A DNA stretch of 64,000 nt from Raillietiella orientalis (Eukaryota). Location of the stretch: NCBI GenBank assembly GCA_036172245.1, contig JAYWIR010000060.1, positions 62,001-126,000 of the forward strand. Direction: 5' to 3'. Each line of letters opens with the position of its first letter. Position 1 is the first letter of the stretch. Positions 11,801-23,990 of this stretch are shown here, one piece after another. The position numbers and the translations under genes were made by a program. Below the pieces are notes generated by a model. That model was not told the DNA's origin, did no database searches, and saw nothing but the letters and a program-made list of their open reading frames with translations.

Positions 11801-14800
11801 ACATCGCAAGCGCTCATGACCTAGCGCATTTTCTGGATGCCCAGGGTTTTCCCCTTTGGCTCCCAAGGGGGGTTCATTCCCTCCCTTTGCTGCCGCGCTG
11901 GGGTCAAAACCTCCGCGTCTGGGAAACCTGCGTTTCCGGCATGTCCCCCGGACACCCAGGCCCGAAGCGTCCCTGTTGCGCAAAACTCTGCAGGTTTCCT
12001 TCATCCCCAGGCTCGCATCTGGTCAGGGAATGAATTTTAGACAACTGACGGCTTCTCTTAGTTGAGTTGAATGGAACCGAGTCTTTTTCTCCCTGCGGAA
12101 GTTCGGGTGCTCGTCCATCGCATCCTTGACCATGCGATGCGGGACGATGACTGCTTGTCAGTCTTAGAGGTAGCTTTTTCATGGCGCTCAATTGTGATCC
12201 AGAAGGCTCGAATCAAAGTCTTTTTGGATGTGACTCCGGCCAAGGATCAGTTTTTAGTCTCGGGAAAGAAGCGATATGATGGCTGCGAGCCGCAGCGCTC
12301 GACAGAATGGTCGAAAGCACTGTCTCTTCGGATGGTTTCCGCACGCGGTCGATTTCTCTCCTTTCTTTCTTTTTTAGCTCTCCGCAAGGCCTTTGACACA
12401 TTCGACCGTGAGAAGAAAGGCTACATCACGAGTGACACGGTCAACCAAATCTTCCACATGCTGGGACAGAAGGTTTCGAGCAAAGAGCTGGAAGAACTCA
12501 TCGTGGAGGTGGACGAAGACAGTGAGTACTTGCACTTGGGCTGATCTGCGCTGTTCCCAACTTTTCCTCCGACGCCAACTTCGAGCCGCAACCCGGAAAT
12601 GCTCTCTCGCGATCGACGGAGATCGGTCCATGGATCCGCGGCGTGAAAGAATGCGATGTGCTTGCGTTCCCGAGAACGCCGTGGTCGCGTTTCTTTGATC
12701 TCTCCAACTGCTCCTCCCTGGTAACGGCGCTTTGGTGGCTCCCGGGAACGGATTGACCGGGCTCCCCGGATGCGAGAGTTTCCACCGCACGCGTCGTCGC
12801 CGTGTGGTGAATCCACTCCGTCAGCTGGGCGTCCAACGAGGACCGTCCACTTTTCTCCGGTCGAGCATCTACTGGCCGGCCGCTGCCATACAAAGTTAGG
12901 ACTTCCACACTCAGGTCATAAGAAGGTCATAAGGTTTCCAAGCCGTTCATGGAATACGAACGGCTTGGAAACTGCGTTGCTCGTGTAGGCTCTGCGACCA
13001 ATAAAATTCTGCTGCATGTCATTCTGGTGCGCGTGCATTCCCGGAAAGTGACTCGCGACCTGCATTGTCGAAGAAAGATGTTGAGAAAACCGTGACCTGA
13101 GGTGTAGTCTTCGATGTGTTACGAGATCGGAGTGACTTCCTGTCCTTTCCTCACCCAACGGTTAGCACCTTCTCGACCTATTTTAAGTAAGTGTCAAGCC
13201 GGACCCGTTTATTTGTTTAAAATAGGTGTGAGAAAGTGTTCAGGGAATGCTGGGGCGGGAAACTCTCCATTTCTTCTGCCTTCTTCCGATGTCGGCGTTT
13301 TTGCAGCTTCATGCTTGGAACCTCTTCAGCAGGAGAATCTGGTCCCCAAGGCTGCAACTGGTCGCTTGCCCTCTACACTCCAGCTCCCGCGAGCCAGAAC
13401 AGGAACGAACGCTGTCCTTTGGAGATATTCGTGCAGGCTGTCGAGGTTCCTCAAGCCGAATGTTCTAGCGGCGAACTCGATCCCTGGCACTTGGGGCCTC
13501 CGGCATTCAGGCGGGTGCTCGGGCCTTATCGTGTCGAACCCGCTCATGCCTTGCTGCTTCGCGCCCGGTCAGCGACCGGCAGAGACGCCACGATCTCCCG
13601 TCGGTACTGATCTTTTATTACGAGAAGCCTCGAAGCTGATCTTCTCCCGCAAATCGAACCGGAAGCTGACCTTCATATCTTCCGGAGCCCGCTTCGGTGA
13701 TCGGTCCCTAAGCTCGAGGTTGCGAGACGTGACTGGTTAGCCGTGGGCGAGATGGGAAAAGCCAATCAAGAAGCAAGTGGGCAGAGACGAGGTGAGCCGG
13801 CCTCACGGCCATGGTCAACAGCAGCGTGACAGCATGATGGACGTGAAGAGGGAACAGAAAAGGAAACAAAAAGAGACTTGCAGATGACAAGTCGGCGCCG
13901 CCGACGCGCACACCAATGCAGCCTATAAAGCGCCCTCTCGGATTGAGAGATGCGGACCTCGTGCAGGATGGAAGCCACTGTTCCGCGGCACGGAGCTCAG
14001 AGCCAGCCAGCCTCTCCACCAAAAGTGGTGCTCCTAACGGCACCGGCGTCGAAGAAAACGCACTGCTTGGGCCCACTAAGCTGTTTCGCCTTCCACTGCG
14101 CGAGGCGAAGAGCACCATGCGCAGGCTGCTTGCCCGAAGGAAGGAACCCACGCATTCTCCGTTCGGCTGCATGGAATCCCGTGGCACGTCAGTCGCTGCC
14201 GTTGCCGATCCGAGCCATCTTTGGGACTGTCTCGCCGCGGTTTATAGCACCCCCGTTCAAGAGTCGATGGGAGGATCAACCTAGGGAGAGGAATTCATGC
14301 TGAGGGTGCTCGATGGATGGAGTCCTTTGAGCTCCTTCCTGCTGGGTGTCGCTCTCCCGTCCTTCTGGAAGGTGTTTCGCGGCGATCGGGATGCCAGCTC
14401 GCCCTCTTGAAACCACAGGAGTCGCATCAGCTCCGTTCGCTGCCCGGACCTCGGGCGATCTCCTCATTGCAGCTACGCGCCCCTCCTCTCTTCGACTACG
14501 CTTGTCCACTTCGTCCCTTGGAGATTTCATCGCAACCTCATCGGATCCCTGACGCAACTGGGGCTCCTGGCGTGTCGTCTTTGGACGAAAGACGCGGCAT
14601 TTCTAGATGGCACGCGTGGGCTGGATTTGAGTCTCGAAGAGCATCCTCCAGAAACGATGGAGAAGGTCTCCCCTCCCCCGTGAAAATCTCTACTTCCTTT
14701 TCCTCACGGACCTCAGAAGGGACTCACCTGTCCCAGGTAACGCTATAGTCCAAGCAGGGTTACCAGGAAGACTTCCTCCCCCTTCCCTGGTCTCATGCAG

Positions 14801-17800
14801 AGGAGTCGTGGAGGGACTTCTCTGCTTTGAAGAGGGCTGCAAGGCTCAGCTGAAAGTCTGCCCCATCTCGCGGTTGCGAACGAGAGAGCTCCCCTTTTTG
14901 AGTGGGGGGGGAGGGCGGAAAACTGCGAGCCTAATCTATGGGCCTCGAGGGCAGCCGCTCGTATCGCATCTTTTGACAGCCGGACGGAGAGGGGACCTCT
15001 GGGAGGCCCTCGAGCTGGATACCAGGGAGGACAGCCAAGGGGCAAATCCTCGGGGAAGAGGCTCCTGAAAAGTCGGTGGAAGCACTGATAGAGAGAAGCG
15101 CTGATTCGACGTGTGCTTTCGGGCCGCCTAGCGACGCAGAGAGACCCCGGCGCCGAGGTCCGTCTACTGGAAAGGCAAGCACCCTTTGGGAATTCTGTCA
15201 TACAGGATCCCAACGACTTCTCAAGCAAAGCTGTTGGAACTCCATATAATGATTCGTCGCTGTTCTTCAGGAAAATCCAGAGGTGAGAAGACGTGGTTGT
15301 AGAGTGACGCTTTGAGCGAAGTTGCGTCGGGAGGGGGGGGGAACAAACGCCCGAAGTATTTCCTGGAGACGAGGATCCAGACCTCAGGAGAAGCAGCACC
15401 AGGAAAGAAAGGACCGTTCCCTCCTGAGTCCCAGGAAGCGGAGGCGCGTTTTGGGAAAGCGACGGGACTTCTGCAGGTCTTCGGACCAAGCGCGGCGGCT
15501 CGTGGGCTGGGCTGCCGTTGGGGAGCTGCTGCTTCCAAGGGGAAGGGTCGCTCCTAGAGCTGGCACGAGGCAACTCATCCAGTAGGAAAAGGGAGGTCTC
15601 CGAGTTCCCTCGGAAATCCGCGCAGCGGAGAGGAGGAATTTGAGAGTAGGCAAGTGTCGAGGGAAGGGGACGTGGTGTCCTTGATGCTTAGCCGCAATGA
15701 GGCCTCGTGCAGAAGAAATCCCCTCTGGGAAATCCAACGTCCCTCGTGGCACTCAAAGGTGCTGCTTCCCTCGCGCAGAGAGGTCTTCTACCTCCTTTTT
15801 TTTTTTTCTTCTTTCAAGATGGCGTCCATGTGTTTTTGTCTTGGTTGGACGGGCCGTCGTCTTTGGTTCAGAAACCCCTCGCTTGGCGGTACTCCTCCCG
15901 GGGTAGCGGGAACGCTCGGGAATCGATGGTCATCAGGGGACCTCCTTCTCGGGAGACAGCGGGTTGCTCCTCAGTTTGCTGCCCATGCCGTGGTATGTAG
16001 ACAGCCATGTGGACTCAGGATTGGCGCCAGGACGAACCACAGAGATGGCACCCATCGAGTATCAGTTTGTTGGGTCTCGTGATTCCCAGCATCCCTCGCT
16101 GGGGAGGCGAGTCGGAACTGCGACGCCGCGCCTCGTCTATGGCCGATCGTGGGGCTACCACCTTTGGTGCTGGGGTGACGCACGCGGGTGCGGGGAGCCG
16201 CATGACTTCCGAGAGGGGCTGCAGTCATCTTGCCGGCAGCTCGTCAGGTGAAAGCCGCAGGGCATGCAACCACGGAGCTGGGGGCACTCCTAACGCAGTG
16301 TTGAAAGTAGGGGGCGTTTCTGGAAAGAGGGCGCGGGAAGCGCAAGCAGCCGGTGAGGGCGAATGCCAAGAGATGCCACAGAACCAAGGCGAAGAGGCCA
16401 TCGGACGCCGAGAAGACCTGTGGCGGTCTCCTCCATTCCTCCATGCCCTCCTCGGTTCCCGTTTGTCCTATCCTTGGCGAACTTTCAGAGGGCTGCCGCT
16501 GCAGAGGACGGGAGCGCCCGAGCCCATACGAGCCCGGCCCCTGGTTCCCTTCCGCCGGCTGTTCTCATCCTGCGTTTTTTTTTTCCCTTCGTGGAGGCCG
16601 CTCCGGACGTATCCTCCAGATTCCAGAGATTTCAGCCTTCCGGGTTCCACCTGGAGGAGCGCCTGCATGAGAGAGGTGCGCTATTCTTCCGTGGGCTTTC
16701 GCATGACTGCGCACGCGTGGATCCCGGAGCGAGCAGCGCTCCGCAGGCAAGAGGTGGCGGCTGGAGTGACCATCCCGGGGCGCTTGTTCCGAGGTTCCCT
16801 TGCGGGCGTGGCGCTTCCCGGCAGAGATTCCGCGACCTCTGCCTTCTCCGACCAACTCCGATGCCCTTCCGCCGCTAAGTCTCGCGATGCTTCTCATTGG
16901 CTCTTCTCCCTCTCGCCAGATTCCGGCAGGATCGAGTTCCCGGAGTTTGCCAACATGGCGGCTCTGTTCATGACAGACGACGACGACGAGGGCCTGGAAC
17001 AGGAGCTCAAAGACATATTCAGAATCTACGACAAGGAAGGTACGTTTCCTAGGGAAGGGCTGGCCTCCGAGAGGACGGGGGCAGGGCGGTCCATTTGGTG
17101 ACCACTCCGCTGCATCGACTGTGCCCGGTGCTTCCGCCTCCGCCCGGCCAGGCAGAGCAGCGGTGCCCTAGGGCGAGTCCAAGGCACGGCGGGTGGGACC
17201 GGCCGTCCCGCGTTCGAGAAAAAGGAGACCCAAAGCACCCATTCGGGGACGACCTATCCAGCTCATGGCGTCTTCCCTTCGATTGGAACTCGTCCCCCTT
17301 CGGCCCGCGTGCATCATCCCCGAACATATGGGACCACGACCCCGCCCCAGCAGGACGCTTCGCGCACGGCGACCGATCCCCAGCCTGGAGCATGTTGCTG
17401 CTTGCACACCGCTGCCCTACACTCTCCTCCGAGCAAAGAGCGGACGCCGGGAACAATTGGGCGACAGTGGGTCGTCCTTTCTAAAAAGACAGGGCTTTTT
17501 GCGGACCAAGGTCAGCGCTACGCACAGGGTTGCCTCGTTTGCGCGGAGCTCCTCGAGCGCCAGCTGGATCCCCCACTGGAATCCAGTCGGGAGGCGGTTC
17601 GCACCGCCGCGACCGTCCGATGTCCCTACCTGTGAACGAAGCTCGACCACGGATGGCAGCGCACCACCGATGAGGATCGCTCATGAGATAATTCTTTCAC
17701 GAGGAGGCGTGCGCACTGCATCCCCCCCACCCTACCCCAAAGTTAGCTCTCTTCCTCGATTTTTCTGGAGGCCGGAGACATTAAAACAGATCATGAAACT

Positions 17801-18243
17801 GGTCAGGGACACCCGAAATCAGAACGAGAAGCCCTTCCTAGGGGTCTTTTTCGTAAGATCGTTCTTGCGGGGATCATCAAGCGGATAGGTTCATCCATTC
17901 CTAACTTCAGTACGCCGTCATAGAATGAACAATGAGGTCCGTTGAAGACAAGTGAGCAGTGGTCACGGGTCGCGACGGGTCGGCGGTCGTGCGTGGCGTG
18001 TGCCTGCGTGACTCAGAGGTGTCTCTCTGCTTGCAGGCAACGGCTACATCACCGTCGAGACGCTCAAAGAAATCCTACACGAGCTAGACGACAAACTCGA
18101 CAACGACACTCTGAACAGTATCATCGAAGAAGTGGACACGGATGGGTCAGGGACTCTAGACTTCGATGGTAAGGCCATCACCGACCACCCTGGGCTCGTA
18201 ACTCGCCGCCCGTTCAGAATTCAAGGAAATGATGACAGGATAA
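8885..18243 (+). CDS. TpnC: Troponin C (arthropod type, 150 aa, 4 EF-hand motifs). Exons 8885-8887, 10536-10563, 12378-12521, 16920-17039, 18037-18168, 18218-18243
   Basis: All introns are GT..AG with matching phases. Product: [150 protein letters not shown]. The ATG-only first coding exon (caagATG|gtgagt) is typical of this family but is the least certain exon. Confidence 0.93.
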
Positions 18244-18314
18244 GTGGAGCGTCGCAGCAAGTGCAGTGGATACACCATTCCTAGTTGTCACGACTCAGTC
18301 AAGCTTTCTACTTA

Positions 18315-18320
18315 AATAAA
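18315..18320 (+). terminator. Polyadenylation signal of troponin C (second AATAAA at 18486-18491)
   Basis: AATAAA about 70 nt after the stop codon. Confidence 0.65.
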
Positions 18321-20914
18321 GTCATAAGTTCACATCTGCCAGAATTTCAGGTTTCAAGTAACCATCAGTCAAGCGCCTGATGGACTTGGAACAATCCCCT
18401 AGAAGAAGATTCGATTTCCGTTGTTTTCAGTTGCTTTTTTTAATGCATGGATCGAAGGATCATCAGCCTTTTCATCTTCTGAGAGAATAAAGCAAACATA
18501 ACTCGTAAAGCGGGGTGATGCAACCCTTTTTTTTTCTTTCTGGGATGGCCTCTCTCAACGAATGCGCCTCAACGTAACGTCCGCAACTCGATTTCTTCCA
18601 TTCTTTTTTTTTCTTTTTTTTTTGTTTTCTTCCATTCTTTTCACGTCACGGAAACTCAATCGTTCCGATTGGTACGCGCCTGCCACCTAGTAGCCGACTC
18701 AGAAACAACCGCGGCAACCTTCAGATCATCGCTGAGACCACACTTTATATAATTTCAAGTAATTATTCATTCTTTTGAAACGATCGCGTCACTGGGAGAC
18801 GACCTAAACGGGTGCTCGAAAGGATTCAACAGCCTCTGCTTTTGCATCATCATCAATTATCCGAGATAGCAAACTGCCGTTCACATACACTTTTCTGTAC
18901 GACCATTCGCGAATCCATAGAATACACTACGCAAAGTCCATTACACATGCCAAGAGGAAATGCACTGGAAGTAGCTCGAACTTGCGCTCTCATCACATTA
19001 AAAGTGATGGTGCATATGAGTAGACCGTGCACGCCCTCAGCGTTGCTAGGAGTCCGCCAAGACCCTCTCGAGGATCAATGCGGTCTTCCTATTTCCTCGA
19101 AATCCCCCCAAAGCCACCACTGAAATGTCTAATGGATCCACCGGAAAACCTCAATTGTCTCCATCGATTCAAGCCGAAACACCGATCATTTTTCAGCCTG
19201 ATCCAGTCAAATCAGTTTCAAAATTCCAGCTTGAACCCTTAGCAGAAGAGATCCAATGCACGCCATTGCAGCTCACACAGTGTCACCGTTAAACCCACGT
19301 GCTGACATGCGATAACACCGAGTTCATCTGACGGAAGAAACGACCTACTGAGCTCAGCAGAGTTCTCTCACATCGAAAAGTTGCTTCGAACGATGAGATT
19401 TCGTTCTCACTTCTGCTCACTCCACAATTCGCAACCCCGGTCCCACCAGCTAACGATAAGAGATCACCCACCGACGAGCAGCCATACTGACATCAGCGAT
19501 TCGCCCAAGCCGAAGATTTCGACCTAGCCAGCGAGATCTGCACTCCTTGCCCAGCAGTCTGGCATGCAGTCATCCGTCCCCAGATGTCCAGCTGCAGAAG
19601 ACATTCGCCTGCAAAGCGCTGCTGCGGTCTCCCGCCTTGGCGGTTCCGTCGCTACGAACGAAATTCGTCCCTCCCCGAAAGACTTCGTCCAGACCAGCCA
19701 GGTGCACTCACCCGTTGCACCGAATCCACCGCCAGAACCGGCACCATTCGGGGAACCAAAAGGCATGGCGCTCCCAGAAGCAAGAAGGTCCCGGAACGGG
19801 AAGTGCCATACCTTCAGAGAGCTCTGCAACGTGCCTTCTGTCTATTCCCACTCGCCGCGGACCCACGACGTTCTCAGATCATCCCCTCACACGTGACGTG
19901 CGTCCGACGAAGGGAACGCACCCAACGCACGTGCTCAGGACACGCAACGTGGCAATTGCCAGAAACCTCCTCCTCACAGGTGAAGCGAGAGAACCCAAAC
20001 CGGGAAAAAGGATGCCCTCAAATCAACCCATCTTCCATGCGTCCAAACGAATGGCAGCAGAGGAAGAGTTGAAAAAACAGTTGGACCACGGCATCACCCG
20101 CGCCTTCGAACAAACAACGACAGCGCCCTCGAAACGGGACGCCAACTCAGCAGAGGGAAAGTGCGGGCACAGCCGCCTGTCCGCGTTTGCGCCCACAGCG
20201 CTCGCGTGAATCCTCTCGGCCTAGCAGGCACCGAGGCGCCCGAATGCCCATTTCCTCTCACGGGAACTCGACACCCGCTGCAAGGGCGTGGTCCCCAGCA
20301 GAGTCCGCGAACCCAGCAGCTCTGTCCGGCGAAGCCGCGTCCTACGCGGACGAAGGCACGTGCCGCAAGAAGCGACCGCTTCCCTCCGCATTCCAGCCAC
20401 GCCTCCGCAAGAGATCGAGGCACTCGCGGCCTCCCAGAGTTGGCGTCGCTGGTACGAGTACCGTGGGAAGAGACGCCACAAACGCCCAAGACGATCTGCG
20501 GAATCCATTTCGACTCCGAAAAGCTTCTTCGAGCCAGGGCAGAAGAGGAGAGCTCATGCGCGCAGCCTCCAACCGGGAAAGTTCGTTCGACCCGCTGCGT
20601 TGCCCTTCACACCGCAGGCCACGTCCTGGAATTTCCGTACCGTCGTCAGAGCCCTCCAAGAAGGCCCTTCGGGAAAAAGGCGCTGCCTCGCACTGCGGCC
20701 GCAGTCGCATCTGTTGGCCGTCGCCCCACGCGCGTGCAGGAGGCTGCTTCACAGGAGACGACAAGCAGCCCGCACCCGCAAGAGCGATGCACCAAGTTCA
20801 GATAGGTCGCCGGAGCTCCTGGAGGTCATTCCGCCGCTGCGTCTGGAAAGCTGCTTGGCTGTGGAAGAACGGAATTTGCTACCCAGTTCGCCCCCATAAA
20901 AGAAGACTGCCCAT

Positions 20915-22062
20915 CTACAGAGCTCCTTTATTCTGCAGGGAAAACGTATCTTCCAAATTGACGGTGATGTACGCGTAGTAACACGCGCTTCGACCAAGCT
21001 CATCCCGAAGTTCAAATTTAACATAGAAGTCTCTGCTGGGCAAGGCAAAGAGCTTAGGAAGATACCCAGAGAATTGCTGCCTAAAGTTGTATCGTCCATT
21101 GCTGCAGGATCCCAATAGTCCGAACAGAGAATCGAGGACCTTGCACAAGTCGTCATAGTAGCAGCTTCCAATTCCAAAAGCGCAAGGGATAGTCAACCAC
21201 AGAAAACCCACGTATACTTCCAACGTCAGTTGTAGCTGAAAAAGGAAACGCGTGGTCGCATGCGGTGCCGTAGAGAGTGAGGCGCGCGCACCACTGCTGT
21301 GCATGCGCTCCGAAACACTTTAGAGAGAAGCAGCAGCAGTAAAAAAAATGAAGCTAACTCACCGAGAGGCTGCTGTTTACAGAAGCCTTCCTCCAAAGTG
21401 CCTCCACGTTCAATTCAAATGGTCCGGGGAAAACGATGGGATTCGTGAAGTTGGTATTGAAATCGAGAAGGTCGCTCGGCCACCAGGAGCAACTTTCAAA
21501 TCTTCCCCAACTTCCCTGAGAGAGGAGGACAAAAAAACTCGATGAAGCCGAGCCGTCGCGCAATCCCCACGCCGCAGCCACGACGACGGGCGTGACGTCA
21601 CGATCGACAGGTTCCACGTCCGGGCAGAGAAGCTCCCACCCGCCAGCAGGGAGCAGAGGGAAGTGTGCGCTTCCGCGCCTTCGGCCAGCAGCTGGAGGTC
21701 CGTCAGACAGTCCCACCGGGACAGAAGCTACAGCCACGCGACTGCATTGCCGCGAGCGCTCTCCAGACCGCCGCAGCGACACAGGAGCGCGACAGGCTCG
21801 TCCTCGCAAGGACCATCTCCATCCGGGTGCGTCGTTCACAGCAGGAGGGCACGGTGGTGGCGAAGGGAACGCGCGAGAGCGCGTGCCTCGCCGCCGGCGG
21901 ACGTCGCGAAGCCTCCATGTCCTCCGCGTCCGACTCGAGCCAACCGCTTACCTCTTTGTGGACAGGAAAACTCGCCGGATGGCTTGGGTGGTGACGTCTC
22001 GCCCCGACACCTTCCGTGGGACCAGTCACGATGGCCAGGGCCAAAAGAAGCTCACGGATCAT
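20915..22062 (-). CDS. GM2-activator-like / MD-2-related lipid-recognition (ML) domain secreted protein, copy L (194 aa). Exons 22062-21952, 21515-21363, 21235-20915
   Basis: Signal-peptide exon MIRELLLALAIVTGPTEG...; exon 2 ...FESC...NPIVFPG...; exon 3 LWLTIPCAFGIGSCYYDDLCKVLD matches the GM2AP motif (LWIKIPC..IGSC....CDVLD). GT-AG introns, all phase 0; 6 Cys. Confidence 0.85.
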
Positions 22063-23594
22063 TTTGAACACTGTGGGAGGTTACACTTTTGGAATTCCAG
22101 ATGCCGAGAGGCGAAGCCGAAGTCAGCAGTCCGAAAGATCGACAGCAAGTTTCAGCGTGGCATCCGTCGCTTTTAAAAGAAGTAACTCTAGTATCCGTGT
22201 CGTTATCGAATCCTTTATCTACCACGCGGGATGAAGGGCCGGGGAAGCAGCAGATGCTGGGTGCAGTGGAAGGAAGGTGTGCCCCTGGAATCAGTGGGAA
22301 CGCACAGAGGCCATGAGAACAAAAGGAAATGCACACGCAATCTCCAAGTTGCTGTTCTAAGCGGGTGAGAAGCCGCGTTGCCAGTACATGACTCCGAAGA
22401 TCGGGCATTGCCTCCGGCGAAGATCCTCGATCCGGCTACGCACGGTTGCGGGCTGCTGAGGTGTGTCTCTTTCAAGCAGCTACATCGGGACATGCTGGTT
22501 GTTGGTGGAGGAGTCTTGGGGTGGCAGGACTCCGTCCGCACCGTCACTCACATCTACGAAACTCTTATTCCCTCTGAGGAGGCTTCGGTTGGACCTGTGG
22601 GCTTCCAGAGCTCATAGCCATCCCGCGAGGGTGTGCCCTGCGGCTTGCTCTTTCTATCGGTCGTTCGCTCCGTGGAGTTGGGAGGCACATGCTGCCGATC
22701 GGGAATCAATTTCGATAGTCAGCATTCGTTCATGGCTGAAGCGCAAAAAGTCTCCGAATCCGAGGGTTATCTGCTTGTGTCTTTCTACTGTATCACGAGC
22801 GCTGCGAGGACAGAGATAGCTCATGAGTCCACAAAACCGCTCACTGGTGTCGTAGGCAAGTATGGCGCAGAGATGCTAGCAGTGCTGGAGCTCGTTCTTT
22901 TGAATGCCCAGAGGACTGATGAACCCAGATAACAGTGATCCGAAGTACTAAAAACGATGCGCAAAAACAATGCTTTTCCATAAGAGGAAGGTGCTTTCGA
23001 TAGCGTTCGGCTACTCCCACCCACTCGCAGTAGCAGGAGAAGCCCGATCTGCGAGTGATCCGAGACCGAGGTCGATATGTGGCCAATGTTGAGTGCAGGC
23101 GTCCACTTCCCAAGTCCCTGCAGGGACACGCGTGGTGCGAAGAGGCGACGTGTTTTCGAAAGGGCTGGCTGAAAGAATTTTGATGCGTTGGACTGCTCTC
23201 CAGGGGGAAATGTCCTCATCCTCTCTGTCGCAAAATCTCAGCTTTGCGTAGCGGCACTTCAGGGTACACTTCGTACCGTAAATGCTGGGTGGAGCACAAT
23301 CCGTTCAGATGCCTCTAGGGTCACCGCAGGCAGCGAACGCGAAGGTCCCTACAAGTCCTAGAGATAGCAGGGCAAGTGATACTCACCCCAGGTCTCACCT
23401 ATGGCGGTCGGCGGTCCCTTGGCGCAGAGGCATTTTCCGTGCGAAAGTTGAGCCGACTTTGTGCTACGACGACGCTGCTTGGGATCATCTGAGTCCCGGA
23501 ATTTCGGCGGTGGCCCGCAGTGACCCGTAAACTTTCTGTCATTTCGTCGCACTTCCTTAAGGAGAGGCGCGCCGTGTAAAACGCTCCAATGCAC

Positions 23595-23990
23595 ACATTA
23601 CAATAACATGAAAATCTTCCATCGTCAATACAAAATCTGCATCCACCACTATCCTCCTATCACACATCCTCAACATATACGTTCTATAACCCCCACCTAC
23701 CCATGTAATAATACCCAAGCATAATTCTGTACGCACCACTACATTTACTATTCCTATATATATTATAATTTCCCCTAATGATGCCAATCTTAAGGGACAT
23801 GACATATTTAAAAAACCAGAATCAACCTCACCAACCTACCACAACTTCACTTCGTTCCACCTCTCAAATACATTGATCGCCTCCCTAACGATTCAAACAT
23901 TAAACCACTAATAAAAAATAAACCAGATGATACACAACCACGAGCCACTACCATCAAAACACATCCAATCAATCCGAACCCCCTTTTATC
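23595..23990 (-). pseudogene. nad4: NUMT: fragment of mitochondrial NADH dehydrogenase subunit 4
   Basis: Abrupt strand-skewed composition (C/A-rich on +). Minus strand in the invertebrate mitochondrial code reads GCVLMVVARGCVSSGLFFISGLMFESLGSRSMYL...NMSCPLSLASLGEI, matching the ND4 motifs AHGxxSSGLF, ERxxSRS and NMxxPxSxNLxGE. The two halves are out of frame and the His is replaced by Arg. Confidence 0.88.

Noticed and set aside
23790..23805. Symmetry centre of the outer A/A' pair falls inside the NUMT
   Set aside because: No symmetry in the intervening sequence about this point; treated as coincidence.
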